The position numbers were made by a program, and so were the translations under genes. Below, in pieces: positions 51,961 through 62,530 of a stretch of 64,000 bases of DNA. The notes below the pieces were generated by a model. It was given only the letters and a program-made list of their open reading frames with translations. It was not told where the DNA came from and made no database searches. Each line of letters begins with the position of its first letter. The first letter of the stretch is position 1. Source of the stretch: Thermodesulfobacteriota bacterium (GTDB taxonomy: Bacteria; Desulfobacterota_D; UBA1144; Nemesobacterales; UBA2774); assembly GCA_965216785.1 (NCBI GenBank), contig OZ244197.1, positions 2,432,001 through 2,496,000 of the forward strand, written 5' to 3'.

Positions 51961-51983
51961 GGTAAAGGAGGTTTAATAATATA

Positions 51984-52853
51984 ATGAAAACGCTCGCAGT
52001 AAGAGAGCCTATAAACATATTTCTTAAGGAAATTGAGAAGTATCCTGTGCTCACCAGGGAAGAGGAGTACAAGCTTGCCGTCAAGTACTATGAAGACAAG
52101 GACCTTGAGGCGGCTAACACCCTTGTTGTATCCAATCTGAGGTTTGTTGTAAAGATTGCCACAGAATACATCACGTATGGATTCGCGCTTACGGATCTAA
52201 TACAGGAAGGTACCATCGGGCTCATGAAAGCCGTTAAGAAATTTAATCCCTATAAAGGATACAGGCTTATCTCCTACGCTGTATGGTGGATTAGAGCTAA
52301 AATCCAGAACCATATCATGAAGTTCTGGAGTCATGTGAAAATCGGCACCACGCAGGCTCAAAGAAAACTGTTCCACAAAATAGGTAAAGCGAAAAAAGAG
52401 CTTAATATAGATAGCAGCGAGCTAAGCCCGAATGAGGCAAAGAGAGTGGCGGAGGTGTTCGGTGTGAAAGCCGAAGACGTCATGGACATGGAGCTCAGAA
52501 TGGCGAGCAGGGATTATTCGCTTGATTCAACAACCACAGAAGAGGGCTCAATGACCTACATGGACTCACTAGCGGACCAACATGAGAACCAGGAAGAGAT
52601 TGTCGGAAATGTAGAAAATAGTGAGCTTTTACACAAAGGTTTAACTAAGGGTCTTGAAAAACTCAACCCTCGTGAACAGCTTATAGTGGAGAGTAGATAT
52701 TTAAAGAACCCGCCTGCCAAGCTCAGGGAGCTCGGAGACGAGCTTGGGATATCCAAGGAAAGAGTTAGGCAGATTGAAGTGGGCGCTCTTAAAAAATTAA
52801 AAGGTAGCGTAGAAGCGGTTGTGACAAAGAGCACTCCGGCTCTACGAAAATAA
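51984..52853 (+). CDS. rpoH: RNA polymerase sigma-32 factor
   Basis: SNLRFVVKIA, DLIQEG, SYAVWWIRA, VKIGTTQAQRKLF (RpoH box), SKERVRQIE. Confidence 0.9.
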   Translation: MKTLAVREPINIFLKEIEKYPVLTREEEYKLAVKYYEDKDLEAANTLVVSNLRFVVKIATEYITYGFALTDLIQEGTIGLMKAVKKFNPYKGYRLISYAVWWIRAKIQNHIMKFWSHVKIGTTQAQRKLFHKIGKAKKELNIDSSELSPNEAKRVAEVFGVKAEDVMDMELRMASRDYSLDSTTTEEGSMTYMDSLADQHENQEEIVGNVENSELLHKGLTKGLEKLNPREQLIVESRYLKNPPAKLRELGDELGISKERVRQIEVGALKKLKGSVEAVVTKSTPALRK

Positions 52854-52887
52854 AAAAAGAATATAAAAGATTTGGAGGCTACATATT

Positions 52888-54840
52888 ATGGCGAAAAGTG
52901 GAAAAATTATCGGAATCGACCTCGGAACCACAAACTCTGTTGTTGCGGTTGTAGAAGGCGGGGAGCCGAAGGTCATCATCAATGAAGAGGGAGCAAGGGT
53001 TACCCCCTCAATTGTCGCGTTTACAAAAGAGGGCGAGGTACTCGTAGGCGGCCCGGCAAAGCGTCAGGCCGTCGTTAATCCTGAAAACACAATTTTCTCA
53101 ATAAAAAGACTAATGGGAAGACGCTTCGAAGAAGTGGCTGATGAGGCCAAGCGTCTGCCCTATAAAGTTGTAAAATCAAAAAATGACGACGCGTGGGTTG
53201 AGGTCGAGGGTAAGGAATATTCACCGCCCCAGATATCTTCAAACGTGCTTATGAAACTGAAAAAGGCGGCAGAGGACTATGCCGGCGGCGAGATCACAGA
53301 GGCCGTTATCACAGTTCCCGCTTACTTTAACGACTCCCAGCGTCAGGCCACGAAGGACGCGGGCAAGATAGCCGGACTCGAAGTAAAAAGGATCATCAAC
53401 GAGCCTACGGCTGCTGCGCTTTCTTACGGGTTCGATAAGAAGGGAGAGGGGATCATTGCCGTATACGACCTTGGAGGGGGTACTTTTGACATCTCCATAC
53501 TCGAGGTCGGCGACAACGTTATTGAAGTTAAATCGACAAACGGCGACACGCACCTGGGCGGAGACGACTTCGACCAGCTCGTGATGGAATACATAATAGA
53601 AGAATTCAAGAAAGAATCGGGCATAGACCTCGGAAACGACAAAATGGCCCTTCAGAGACTGAGACAAGAAGCTGAAAAGGCCAAGATAGAGCTCTCGAAC
53701 ACCCTGGAGACAGAAGTTAACCTGCCGTTTATAACGGCCGACTCCTCCGGGCCAAAGCACCTCGTTATGAAGCTTTCCCGCTCTAAATTCGAGCAGCTTA
53801 TTGAAGATAAGGTCAAGGGCACGCTAGAGCCCTGCCGTCAGGCTCTTAAGGACGCCGGCTTTAAGGCAAGCGATATAAACGAGGTAATTCTCGTTGGCGG
53901 ATCAATAAGGATCCCGATGGTACAGAAAGTCGTAACCGACTTCTTCGGTCGCGAGCCGCATAAAGGAATAAACCCCGACGAAGTTGTGTCCATGGGCGCG
54001 GCGATTCAGGGCGCTGTACTGGGCGGCGAGGTAAGGGACGTTCTGCTCTTAGACGTTTGTCCGCTATCACTGGGTATTGAAACCCTGGGCGGCGTAATGA
54101 CTAAAATTATTGAAAGGAACACCACGATACCTACAAAGAAGAGCCAGGTGTTTACCACTGCTGAGGACAACCAGACCTCAGTTGAAATTCACGTGCTCCA
54201 GGGTGAGCGCCAGATGGCGAACGACAACAGAACCCTTGCAAGGTTCATACTAGACGGTATACCCCCGTCTTCCAGAGGTGTACCTCAGGTAGAAGTCGCT
54301 TTTGACATTGACGCGGACGGCATACTTCACGTATCAGCTAAAGACCTAGCTACCTCCAAGGAGCAGAAGGTCAGAGTCGAAGCCTCAAGCGGTTTGAGCA
54401 AAGAAGAGATCGACGGCATGGTAAAAGACGCTGAAGAAAAATCAGACGAAGACCAGAAGCGTCAGCAGACAGTCGAGGCCAGAAACAAACTCGACGAGCT
54501 TATTTACAGAACCGACAAGAGTTTTAAAGAGTTTGAGGACAAACTCTCAGACGATGAGAAAAAAGAGCTCGAAGAGGCTGTAGAAGCCGGCAGACAGGCG
54601 CTTAAGGGTGATAATCCTGAGGAGATAAACGACGCTACTGAGAAGATTACTCAGGCCTCACATAAATTGGCTGAGCTTATGTATAAGCAGCAGCCTGAAG
54701 AAGGCGCGGCGGATGGGGCTGAAACGGCTCAGGAAGAGCCCGGTGAGGGCGCTGAAGCTCCTGAGGCGGAAGATATGCCCGGAGAGCCTGATAAGAAAGA
54801 CGGCGATGACGTAATAGACGCCGAGTTTACTGAGAAATAA
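52888..54840 (+). CDS. dnaK: chaperone DnaK (canonical copy)
   Basis: [33 protein letters not shown], acidic tail DVIDAEF. Confidence 0.97.
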   Translation: MAKSGKIIGIDLGTTNSVVAVVEGGEPKVIINEEGARVTPSIVAFTKEGEVLVGGPAKRQAVVNPENTIFSIKRLMGRRFEEVADEAKRLPYKVVKSKNDDAWVEVEGKEYSPPQISSNVLMKLKKAAEDYAGGEITEAVITVPAYFNDSQRQATKDAGKIAGLEVKRIINEPTAAALSYGFDKKGEGIIAVYDLGGGTFDISILEVGDNVIEVKSTNGDTHLGGDDFDQLVMEYIIEEFKKESGIDLGNDKMALQRLRQEAEKAKIELSNTLETEVNLPFITADSSGPKHLVMKLSRSKFEQLIEDKVKGTLEPCRQALKDAGFKASDINEVILVGGSIRIPMVQKVVTDFFGREPHKGINPDEVVSMGAAIQGAVLGGEVRDVLLLDVCPLSLGIETLGGVMTKIIERNTTIPTKKSQVFTTAEDNQTSVEIHVLQGERQMANDNRTLARFILDGIPPSSRGVPQVEVAFDIDADGILHVSAKDLATSKEQKVRVEASSGLSKEEIDGMVKDAEEKSDEDQKRQQTVEARNKLDELIYRTDKSFKEFEDKLSDDEKKELEEAVEAGRQALKGDNPEEINDATEKITQASHKLAELMYKQQPEEGAADGAETAQEEPGEGAEAPEAEDMPGEPDKKDGDDVIDAEFTEK

Positions 54841-54876
54841 CACAAAAACAGACTTACAATAAAAGATATAGAAGAC

Positions 54877-54912
54877 AAATAAAGGCGTCCTTCGGGCCGC
54901 CTTTATTTTTTT
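54877..54912 (+). terminator. intrinsic terminator of rpoH-dnaK
   Basis: AAATAAAGGCG-tccTTCGggc-CGCCTTTATTT followed by a T-run. Confidence 0.85.
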
Positions 54913-54944
54913 GTCATTAAAATTAATCCCAGCATCAAATAGTA

Positions 54945-54973
54945 TTGCCCAACACAGAGAAAAATGTTAATTT
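54945..54973 (+). promoter_or_regulatory. putative extended -10 sigma70 promoter of rpmE
   Basis: TTGCCC-N17-TAATTT with TGn immediately before the -10. Confidence 0.55.
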
Positions 54974-55075
54974 ATTATTAAGACAAAACGGGGGCTTTTT
55001 TGCAAAGCTTTCCGGCAAAAAATCATAAAAATAATCTCATAATAGAGAAAGATAAATACCGGAGGCAATTACAGA

Positions 55076-55279
55076 ATGAAAGCTGACATTCATCCAGAGT
55101 ACAAAGAAGTAACAATAAGCTGCGCTTGCGGAGCGTCATACAAAACTAGATCAACACGCATTGACAATTTTACGGTTGAGGTTTGCTCCAACTGCCACCC
55201 GTTCTACACGGGCAAGGAAAGGGCTGCGGAAGCTAAGGGTCGTGTCGAAAGATTTAGGAGGAAGTATAGTAAGAATTAG
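55076..55279 (+). CDS. rpmE: 50S ribosomal protein L31 (Zn-binding type A)
   Basis: [29 protein letters not shown]. Confidence 0.97.
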   Translation: MKADIHPEYKEVTISCACGASYKTRSTRIDNFTVEVCSNCHPFYTGKERAAEAKGRVERFRRKYSKN

Positions 55280-55401
55280 AGTATTTACATAATAGATTTA
55301 ACGGATTTATCGCTATTTATTCGGGGTTATCACCTAACACATAAATAGTTAACACCGTTTTAGAGGATGTTCATATTCCAAATATGCGGAGGTAATTCGT
55401 T

Positions 55402-57480
55402 ATGCCTGACCATAGTAGAGATAGTATTAGGAATATCGCCCTTGTAGCGCCTCACGGCACGGGTAAAACTTCTCTAGCTGAAGGTATCCTCTTTTTAAAC
55501 GGTGCGACCGACAAGCTCGGTAAAGTCGACGACGGCACCTCAGTTCTCGATTACGAGAGTGAGGAAAAAAGCCGCAACATGTCGATCAATTCCCATATAG
55601 CTTTTTTTGAGACCAAAGACAATCTCGTAAACCTGATTGACACACCTGGGTTCCTGAATTTCCTTTATGAAACCGAAAGCGCGCTAAAAGTAGTGGACGG
55701 CGCGATTATGGTAATCGGCGCAATCGCCGGCGACACTGGTGTACAGGTCAGTAAGTACTGGAATATGGCGGCCCATGTGCCGAAGATGATTTTTATTAAC
55801 AAGCTCGACAGAGAAAATACGAGTTTTCAGGACACTGTTAACAGTATTACCAAAGAGCTTGGTATATCCGTAATTCCGATCACTTTACCACTAGGGCAGG
55901 CGGAAGACTTAAGAGGCGTTATCGACCTTATGGAGATGACCGTCCATACATATGACGACTCGGGCAAGGCTGAAATTGGCCCCATTCCCGAGGAGCTTGA
56001 AGCCATGGCGGCCGCGGCGCGTGAAAAGATTGTAGAGACCGTAGCGGAGCAAGACGACGAGCTTATCGAGAAATACCTCGAAGGCGAGACCTTTCCCGAG
56101 GAGACAATGATCAAAATGCTCCATGACGGGATCAGGGAGGGAAAGATATTCCCCGTATTCGCAGGCTCCTCCACAAAGCTCATAGGCCTTGATATATTAA
56201 CCCGCGCAATATCGCGCTACATGCCCTCTCCACTTGAAAGGGGCGCTGTAACGGTCAAAAACAGCGACGGCGAAGATGTGAGCACAGAGCCCAAAGAGGA
56301 CGGCCCGCTTTCAGCTTTCGTTTTTAAGACCATATCCGATCCTTACACCGGAAAGATAAGTATTTTCAGAATATTCTCAGGGGGCATAAACGGGGACGCC
56401 ACGGTATATAATTCATCGAAAAGCTCCCGTGAAAAGCTCGGACACCTACACAGGATGGTTGGCAAGAAACAGGTTCCGGTCAGCCCGGCGGGGTGCGGCG
56501 ACATCGTGGCCGTAAATAAACTCAAGGACACGAGCACAGGAGACACGTTCTGTGACGAATCGAGCCCTGTAATCATTCCTCAGGCTACACTACCCTCGGC
56601 GGTTCTCTCCTACGCGATCGAGCCGCAGAGCAGAAACGACGAAGATAAGCTAAACCCTTCACTTGCGAGGATTCAGGAAGAAGACCCCACAATTCAGTAC
56701 CACTTAGAGGAAGAAACCCATGAGTTTCTTCTTTCCGGCACAGGTCAGTCTCACGTCGAGGTCACAGTAAACAAGCTCAGGGACACTTACGGCGTAAACG
56801 TCGATCTTAAGACGCCCAGAGTCCCCTATAAAGAAACCATTCGTTCAAAGGTAAAGGCAGAGGGTAAGTACATAAAACAAACCGGCGGGAAGGGACAGTA
56901 CGGCGACGCGTGGCTTGAAGTAGAGCCGCTTAAGAGAGGGGAAGTATTTGAATTTCAAAATAAGATTGTCGGCGGAGCTATCCCCAAAAACTTCATACCA
57001 TCGGTAGAAAAAGGCGTAGTGGACGCGATGAAGCAGGGCATATTGGCCGGATACCCTGTTGTTGATGTCAAAGTTACGCTATTTGACGGTAAATACCACC
57101 CGGTAGACTCCTCCGATATGGCTTTTCAGATAGCTGGAAGCATGGGGTTTAAACAGGCGATGGCCGAAGCAAAGCCCCAGCTACTTGAGCCTATTATGAA
57201 AATGGAGATTACAATTCCCGAAGACTCCATGGGTGACGTAATTGGCGATGTAAACGCAAGACGAGGCAAGGTGTCGGGCGTTGACTCACTTGCGGGCTCT
57301 CACCAGATTAACGCTCTTATACCAATGGCGGAAATACTCCATTACGCACCCGAGCTCAGATCCATAACCAGCGGAAGAGGTTCATTCACCATGGATTTCT
57401 CGCACTACGAAGAGGTCCCCGACCATTTGGCGCAAAAAATAATCGCCGAAAACTCAAAGAGCCAGGAAGCAGAAGACTAA
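55402..57480 (+). CDS. fusA2: elongation factor G paralog (EF-G2)
   Basis: five-domain EF-G with divergent G motifs APHGTGKT, RNMSI, DTPGF; KQTGGKGQYG, HPVDSSDMAF. Confidence 0.92.
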   Translation: MPDHSRDSIRNIALVAPHGTGKTSLAEGILFLNGATDKLGKVDDGTSVLDYESEEKSRNMSINSHIAFFETKDNLVNLIDTPGFLNFLYETESALKVVDGAIMVIGAIAGDTGVQVSKYWNMAAHVPKMIFINKLDRENTSFQDTVNSITKELGISVIPITLPLGQAEDLRGVIDLMEMTVHTYDDSGKAEIGPIPEELEAMAAAAREKIVETVAEQDDELIEKYLEGETFPEETMIKMLHDGIREGKIFPVFAGSSTKLIGLDILTRAISRYMPSPLERGAVTVKNSDGEDVSTEPKEDGPLSAFVFKTISDPYTGKISIFRIFSGGINGDATVYNSSKSSREKLGHLHRMVGKKQVPVSPAGCGDIVAVNKLKDTSTGDTFCDESSPVIIPQATLPSAVLSYAIEPQSRNDEDKLNPSLARIQEEDPTIQYHLEEETHEFLLSGTGQSHVEVTVNKLRDTYGVNVDLKTPRVPYKETIRSKVKAEGKYIKQTGGKGQYGDAWLEVEPLKRGEVFEFQNKIVGGAIPKNFIPSVEKGVVDAMKQGILAGYPVVDVKVTLFDGKYHPVDSSDMAFQIAGSMGFKQAMAEAKPQLLEPIMKMEITIPEDSMGDVIGDVNARRGKVSGVDSLAGSHQINALIPMAEILHYAPELRSITSGRGSFTMDFSHYEEVPDHLAQKIIAENSKSQEAED

Positions 57481-57570
57481 CTCTGGAAGCTTAATATAAG
57501 TCTTTCATAAGCTTCATTTTTATCGCGGCATATAGAACATTTCCCACCGCATTGTATAATTCCACCCGTA

Positions 57571-58494
57571 ATGCGAATAGCCTCTATTGATATAGGTACA
57601 AACACCGTAAGGCTCCTAATTGGGGAACTTTCCGAAGCAGGCAATCTCGATAAGCTGGACATACAGCGCGTAATAACAAGGCTTGGTGAAGGTTTCTCTC
57701 AAAATAACGGTCTCATAGCAGAATCCGCGGAAAAAAGAACAATTCAGGCACTCTCAGAGTTCAGAGAAGCACTTGCCGCTTACCGTGTAGAACACACAAG
57801 AGCGGTGGCTACAAGCGTTGTAAGAGAAAGCTCAAACGGAGAGGAGTTTAAAAAGCGGGTAAATAAAGAAACCGGACTTGATGTTGAGATAATCTCAGGT
57901 GAAGAAGAGGCCAGGCTTACCGTTAACGGGGTATTAGGCTCAGTAAAACTTAGTACAGAGGACGCCCTGATATTTGATATTGGAGGGGGCAGCACCGAGT
58001 ATATTCATGTTAGAGGAAATACTATAATTTCTCTTAAAAGTATTCAGCTCGGAGTCGTTCACTTGACTGAGCAATATATGATAAATAACATTAACTCTGA
58101 AGCGTTACTATCTGTTATGACAGAATATATAGATAACACTTTAGAATCAGAGCTTAAAGATTTCGACATCCCCGACCCTGACAGCTTGTCGCTTATAGGC
58201 ACGGCGGGCACCCCAACGACATTGGCGGCAATAAAGCTAAAGCTCGAGCCGTACGACCCTTCTAAAGTTAACGGTTATTTACTTTCCCGACGGATAATAG
58301 AAAGTATCCTGAGAAAGTTATACCCCATGACGGCCCGGCAAAGACTATCTTTGCCCGGACTAGAGAAAGGCAGAGAAGACCTCATAGTTCCCGGAGCGCT
58401 TATCACACTCCGCACTATGAGCAGATTCTCAAAGGACAGTTTAATCGTAAGTGACGGCGGGTTACTGGAGGGCGTACTCTATAGTCTAATATAG
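57571..58494 (+). CDS. Ppx/GppA family phosphatase (single domain)
   Basis: IDIGTNT, ATSVVRE, SGEEEARL, DIGGGSTE. Confidence 0.92.
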   Translation: MRIASIDIGTNTVRLLIGELSEAGNLDKLDIQRVITRLGEGFSQNNGLIAESAEKRTIQALSEFREALAAYRVEHTRAVATSVVRESSNGEEFKKRVNKETGLDVEIISGEEEARLTVNGVLGSVKLSTEDALIFDIGGGSTEYIHVRGNTIISLKSIQLGVVHLTEQYMINNINSEALLSVMTEYIDNTLESELKDFDIPDPDSLSLIGTAGTPTTLAAIKLKLEPYDPSKVNGYLLSRRIIESILRKLYPMTARQRLSLPGLEKGREDLIVPGALITLRTMSRFSKDSLIVSDGGLLEGVLYSLI

Positions 58495-58552
58495 GCAATA
58501 AAACCTGAGCTGCTCGCACGTGCAATGCCTTTTAATACATAGACTTTTCCCG

Positions 58553-58581
58553 TTGACAAACCAAAGCGTGATTATTATATT
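58553..58581 (+). promoter_or_regulatory. putative sigma70 promoter ~275 nt upstream of grpE
   Basis: TTGACA-N17-TATATT. Confidence 0.6.
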
Positions 58582-58718
58582 TTCAGTAACAACTGTTTAA
58601 AATCACACAAACTGCAAAAGGCGGTATATAATTAATAAAAAAGGCACATGTTTAAACCTGATTTCCGTAAATTTTCAGGGCAACAATTTATTTTTGAAAG
58701 AAGCAGCTTTTATATGAC

Positions 58719-58756
58719 GATGCCATAGAATTAAGTTGATGCCATAGAATTAAGTT
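58719..58756. repeat. perfect 2 x 19-bp tandem repeat
   Basis: GATGCCATAGAATTAAGTT at 58719-58737 and 58738-58756. Confidence 0.95.
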
Positions 58757-58856
58757 AGTGTATAGAGACGAGTATTCTACTATGATACCTAAGAGTTAAA
58801 TTAATACGCAGAGGCTAGCATAGTATGCGAAGTCTTTGAATTGGAAGGAGACAGTT

Positions 58857-59474
58857 ATGAATCCCAAAAAAAGAGAAGGAGAAAAAGGCGAGATGGAAAT
58901 TCTTGAAGATGATGATAACGCAGAGCTGGATATTGTTCCCGAGTCTGAAGAACCCTCCGAAACTCAGCCGGAAGCTGAAGTAGAAAAGGAAGAAGAGGAT
59001 CTTCAACAAAAGTATTTAAGACTGGCAGCGGACTTTGAGAACTATAAGAAAAGACTTGCAAAGGAAAAGTCGGATGTAGTTGCTTACGGTAACGAAGAGC
59101 TGATTAAAGCCCTTTTAAATGTGCTGGACAATCTTGAAAGAGCTTTGGAGCATACTGAGTCCGGAGATGACAGCCCCGCGCTTCTGGAAGGAGTTAAGCT
59201 TGTGCACAAACAATTTGTGAGCTGCTTAGAGAAATTCAGCGTAACAAAAGTAGACGCAACTACTGGCACTGAATTTGATCCCAGATTTCATCAGGCAATA
59301 GAAAGAGTTGAATCAAACGAGCTCAGCTCAGGTCTTATACTATCTCAAATGCTGCCCGGTTACATGCTCAAGGACAGACTTATACGACCGGCTCTTGTAG
59401 TAGTGTCAAAAGGTATAGACGACAAAGAAGGAAACGGCAGCGTACCCGGTTTTACAAGCGCCGACAATTCCTGA
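58857..59474 (+). CDS. grpE: nucleotide exchange factor GrpE
   Basis: LRLAADFENYKKR, DNLERAL, FDPRFHQA, GYMLKDRLIRPALV; start after a GGAG RBS. Confidence 0.95.
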   Translation: MNPKKREGEKGEMEILEDDDNAELDIVPESEEPSETQPEAEVEKEEEDLQQKYLRLAADFENYKKRLAKEKSDVVAYGNEELIKALLNVLDNLERALEHTESGDDSPALLEGVKLVHKQFVSCLEKFSVTKVDATTGTEFDPRFHQAIERVESNELSSGLILSQMLPGYMLKDRLIRPALVVVSKGIDDKEGNGSVPGFTSADNS

Positions 59475-59515
59475 TTAACCAGAACTGTGATGAATAATAT
59501 AATAGGGGATAATTC

Positions 59516-61366
59516 ATGGCTATAGTAGGTATTGACCTTGGAACCACAAACTCTTGCGTCGCTCTCATAGAGGGGGGCAGCCCGGTTGTAATTCCAAACG
59601 AAGAGGGGAGCAGGGTCACCCCATCTGTCGTAGCGTTCACGGAAGATAACAGCAGATTCGCGGGAGCTATAGCAAAGCGTCAGGCTGTGATCAACCCCTC
59701 GAGCACGGTATATGGAGTAAAGAGGCTGATAGGAAGAAATTACGATACGCCTGAGGTTCAGAAAGCGCTCGGTCTGGCTCCATACGAAATAGTCAAGAAT
59801 GAATCGGGAGACGCATGGATTGAAATTAACTCCAAGCTATTTAGCCCTCAGGAAATATCTTCAATCGTGCTCTCAAAAATGAAGCAGGTTGCTGAAGAAT
59901 ACTTAGGTTATGAAATATTAGACGCGGTTATTACCGTACCGGCGCATTTCAACGACCTGCAGCGTCAGGCAACAAAAGACGCAGGCAAGATAGCAGGGTT
60001 TAACGTAAAACGTATCATAAACGAGCCCACTGCGGCTGCGCTTGCTTACGGCTTTGACAAAACCGAGAACAAGAGGATCGCGGTATTTGATCTTGGAGGG
60101 GGCACATTCGACATAACCGTGCTAGAGATCGCAAATGGAGTGTTTGAAGTAAAAGCCACTAGCGGCGATACTTTCCTTGGCGGAGACGATTTCGATCAAA
60201 AGCTCATTGAGCTTGTTATCGAAGATTTTAAAGACCGCTATGAGATCGACCTCCGTGAGGATAAGATGGCGCTTCAAAGGATCAGAGAAGCCTGCGAGAA
60301 AGCCAAGCACGAGCTCTCTTCCCTATCGGATACAGTAATTAACCTGCCATTCATAGCCGTTGACGCTGCAGGTCCTAAACACTTAAATTACAATATAACA
60401 CGGGAAAAGTTCGAGAGTTTGGTATCTGATTTGATTGACAGACTAGAAATCCCCTGCAAGCAAGCGATACAGGACGCAAAACTCGAAGCAAATGAAATCG
60501 ACGAAGTAGTTCTTGTTGGCGGCATGACCAGAATGCCTAAGATTAAAGAAAAGGTGAGAAGTATATTCAAACAAGATCCTCAAACCAAAATCAATCCTGA
60601 AGAGGTTGTGGCCATAGGCGCATCCATTCAGGGCGGGGTGCTTGAAGGCAAGGTTCAGGAAGTAGTGCTGCTTGACGTTGTTCCGCTTTCACTCGGAGTT
60701 GAGACCAGGGGAGGGCTGTTTACAAAGATTATTGAGAGAAATACCACTATCCCGACAAAGAGAAGCAGGACATTTACAACGGCCTTTGATAACCAGGAGT
60801 TTGTAGGCATCCACGTGCTCCAGGGAGAGCGTGAAATGGGGCACGACAATATATCGCTTGCGAACTTTAACCTGATAGGCATACCACCGGCCCCAAGGGG
60901 GATGCCGCAGATCGAAGTATCGTTTGAAGTTGACGCGGACGGCATTCTACACGTATCCGCAAAAGACTTAGGTACCGGGAAGAAACAGGAAATCCAGGTT
61001 GAGACTTCCGGCGGGCTTTCAGACACTCAGATTAATGAAATAATAGAAGAAAGCAGCAGAAGCGCTCAAGCGGACCAAACACGTAAAGACCTCGCGCTTC
61101 TTAAGAACGAAGCCGAGGGGCTTTTATACTCTGTTAGGAAAACTCTTGACTCTTACGGCGAGCAGATTAAAGATGATCTTAAAAATAATATCGAACAGTC
61201 TGTCGAAATTACGAAGAAAGCACTTGAGGGTGAAGATTTCAATGAGCTAAAAGAATCTCTCGACGGGCTTAAGAACGCGTCTTACAGATTCGCCGAGGTA
61301 ATCTACTCTAAACAAAAAGGAGCGCCGGAAGAACAGGTCCAGAACACTGAGCCTGAAAATGACTGA
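59516..61366 (+). CDS. dnaK2: chaperone DnaK, second diverged paralog
   Basis: [32 protein letters not shown]; short tail. Confidence 0.95.
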   Translation: MAIVGIDLGTTNSCVALIEGGSPVVIPNEEGSRVTPSVVAFTEDNSRFAGAIAKRQAVINPSSTVYGVKRLIGRNYDTPEVQKALGLAPYEIVKNESGDAWIEINSKLFSPQEISSIVLSKMKQVAEEYLGYEILDAVITVPAHFNDLQRQATKDAGKIAGFNVKRIINEPTAAALAYGFDKTENKRIAVFDLGGGTFDITVLEIANGVFEVKATSGDTFLGGDDFDQKLIELVIEDFKDRYEIDLREDKMALQRIREACEKAKHELSSLSDTVINLPFIAVDAAGPKHLNYNITREKFESLVSDLIDRLEIPCKQAIQDAKLEANEIDEVVLVGGMTRMPKIKEKVRSIFKQDPQTKINPEEVVAIGASIQGGVLEGKVQEVVLLDVVPLSLGVETRGGLFTKIIERNTTIPTKRSRTFTTAFDNQEFVGIHVLQGEREMGHDNISLANFNLIGIPPAPRGMPQIEVSFEVDADGILHVSAKDLGTGKKQEIQVETSGGLSDTQINEIIEESSRSAQADQTRKDLALLKNEAEGLLYSVRKTLDSYGEQIKDDLKNNIEQSVEITKKALEGEDFNELKESLDGLKNASYRFAEVIYSKQKGAPEEQVQNTEPEND

Positions 61367-61390
61367 TTCTCACGCACAGAGCAATAATAA

Positions 61391-62482
61391 ATGACAGAAA
61401 TAGACTACTACGAAATACTTGAGATCCACAAGAGCGCAACTAACGATGACATCAAAAGATCCTATAAAAGACTAGCTTTTGAGTACCATCCCGACCGTAA
61501 CCCCGGCAATTCAAACGCCGAGGAAAAATTCAAAGTAATTAACGAAGCGTATCAGACCCTGAGCGACCCCGATAAGCGGGCAAGATATGACAGCTTCGGC
61601 CATATGTATTCAGATAACATGTTTTCAGAACAGGATTTTGAAGCCGGATTCAGCGATATATTCGGAAACCTGTTTGAAGAGGTATTTAACGCGGGCCAGA
61701 GGCAAAGAGCAGAGCGCGGGAGCGATTTGAAGTACTCGCTTGAGCTGAGCTTCGAGGAGTCCTTGGAAGGTGCGGAAAGGGAAATAAATGTTCCCCGGCG
61801 CAGGCTCTGCGGCGTATGCGACGGGAGCGGTGCCGCAAAGGGCGGCGAGGCGGCGTGTAATAGCTGCGGGGGCAGGGGAGAGCTACGTTACACCCAGGGG
61901 TTCATAGTAATTAAGCGCAAGTGCAGTACTTGCGGAGGTAGCGGAAGAATAATTACAAAAGCATGCGGATCCTGCTCAGGCAATAAATTCACAATTTCAG
62001 AACACACCGTAAAAGTAAAAGCGCCGCCCGGTATCACAGACGGCGCGCGTCTTAGAATAAGGGGAGAGGGCGATAGCGGTTTCAGAGGAGGCCCCGACGG
62101 GGACCTTTACATTGAGATAAGCGTTAGGGAGCACCCGCTGTTTAGAAGGGAAGGACACGACTTATATTTAAATGTCCCGATCGGTTTTGTTCAGGCGGCC
62201 CTGGGGGATGTAGTGGAGATAGTCACTACCAAGGGACGTAGCACAATCAAAATTCCACCAGGTACTCAATCGGGGCAGAATTTCAGGTTGAAAGGCAAGG
62301 GGGCGCCAAAGCTGGAGGGCAGAGGCACAGGAGATCTTTACATTCAGATTGAAGTCAGGGTTCCGGTAAAACTCAGCAAAAAGCAAAAGCTCCTTCTTGA
62401 GGAATTCGCTAAAGCATCGGAAGAAAAAAACCAGCCCGTTGTAAAAAGGTTTCTGGATAAGCTCCAGGGCTTGTTTAACTAA
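61391..62482 (+). CDS. dnaJ: chaperone DnaJ (class A)
   Basis: HPD J-domain, four CxxCxGx(G) repeats, C-terminal domain. Confidence 0.95.
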   Translation: MTEIDYYEILEIHKSATNDDIKRSYKRLAFEYHPDRNPGNSNAEEKFKVINEAYQTLSDPDKRARYDSFGHMYSDNMFSEQDFEAGFSDIFGNLFEEVFNAGQRQRAERGSDLKYSLELSFEESLEGAEREINVPRRRLCGVCDGSGAAKGGEAACNSCGGRGELRYTQGFIVIKRKCSTCGGSGRIITKACGSCSGNKFTISEHTVKVKAPPGITDGARLRIRGEGDSGFRGGPDGDLYIEISVREHPLFRREGHDLYLNVPIGFVQAALGDVVEIVTTKGRSTIKIPPGTQSGQNFRLKGKGAPKLEGRGTGDLYIQIEVRVPVKLSKKQKLLLEEFAKASEEKNQPVVKRFLDKLQGLFN

Positions 62483-62530
62483 AGAAGCTTAATACACTAC
62501 ACATAACAGCCCGAACAAACCTAATTGAAT

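Noticed and set aside
53239-53760. 173-aa ORF antisense to dnaK
   Set aside because: Long antisense frames are a common by-product of hsp70 codon usage; no RBS or motif
58719-58756. Possible CRISPR repeat
   Set aside because: Only two abutting 19-bp units, no spacer, no cas genes
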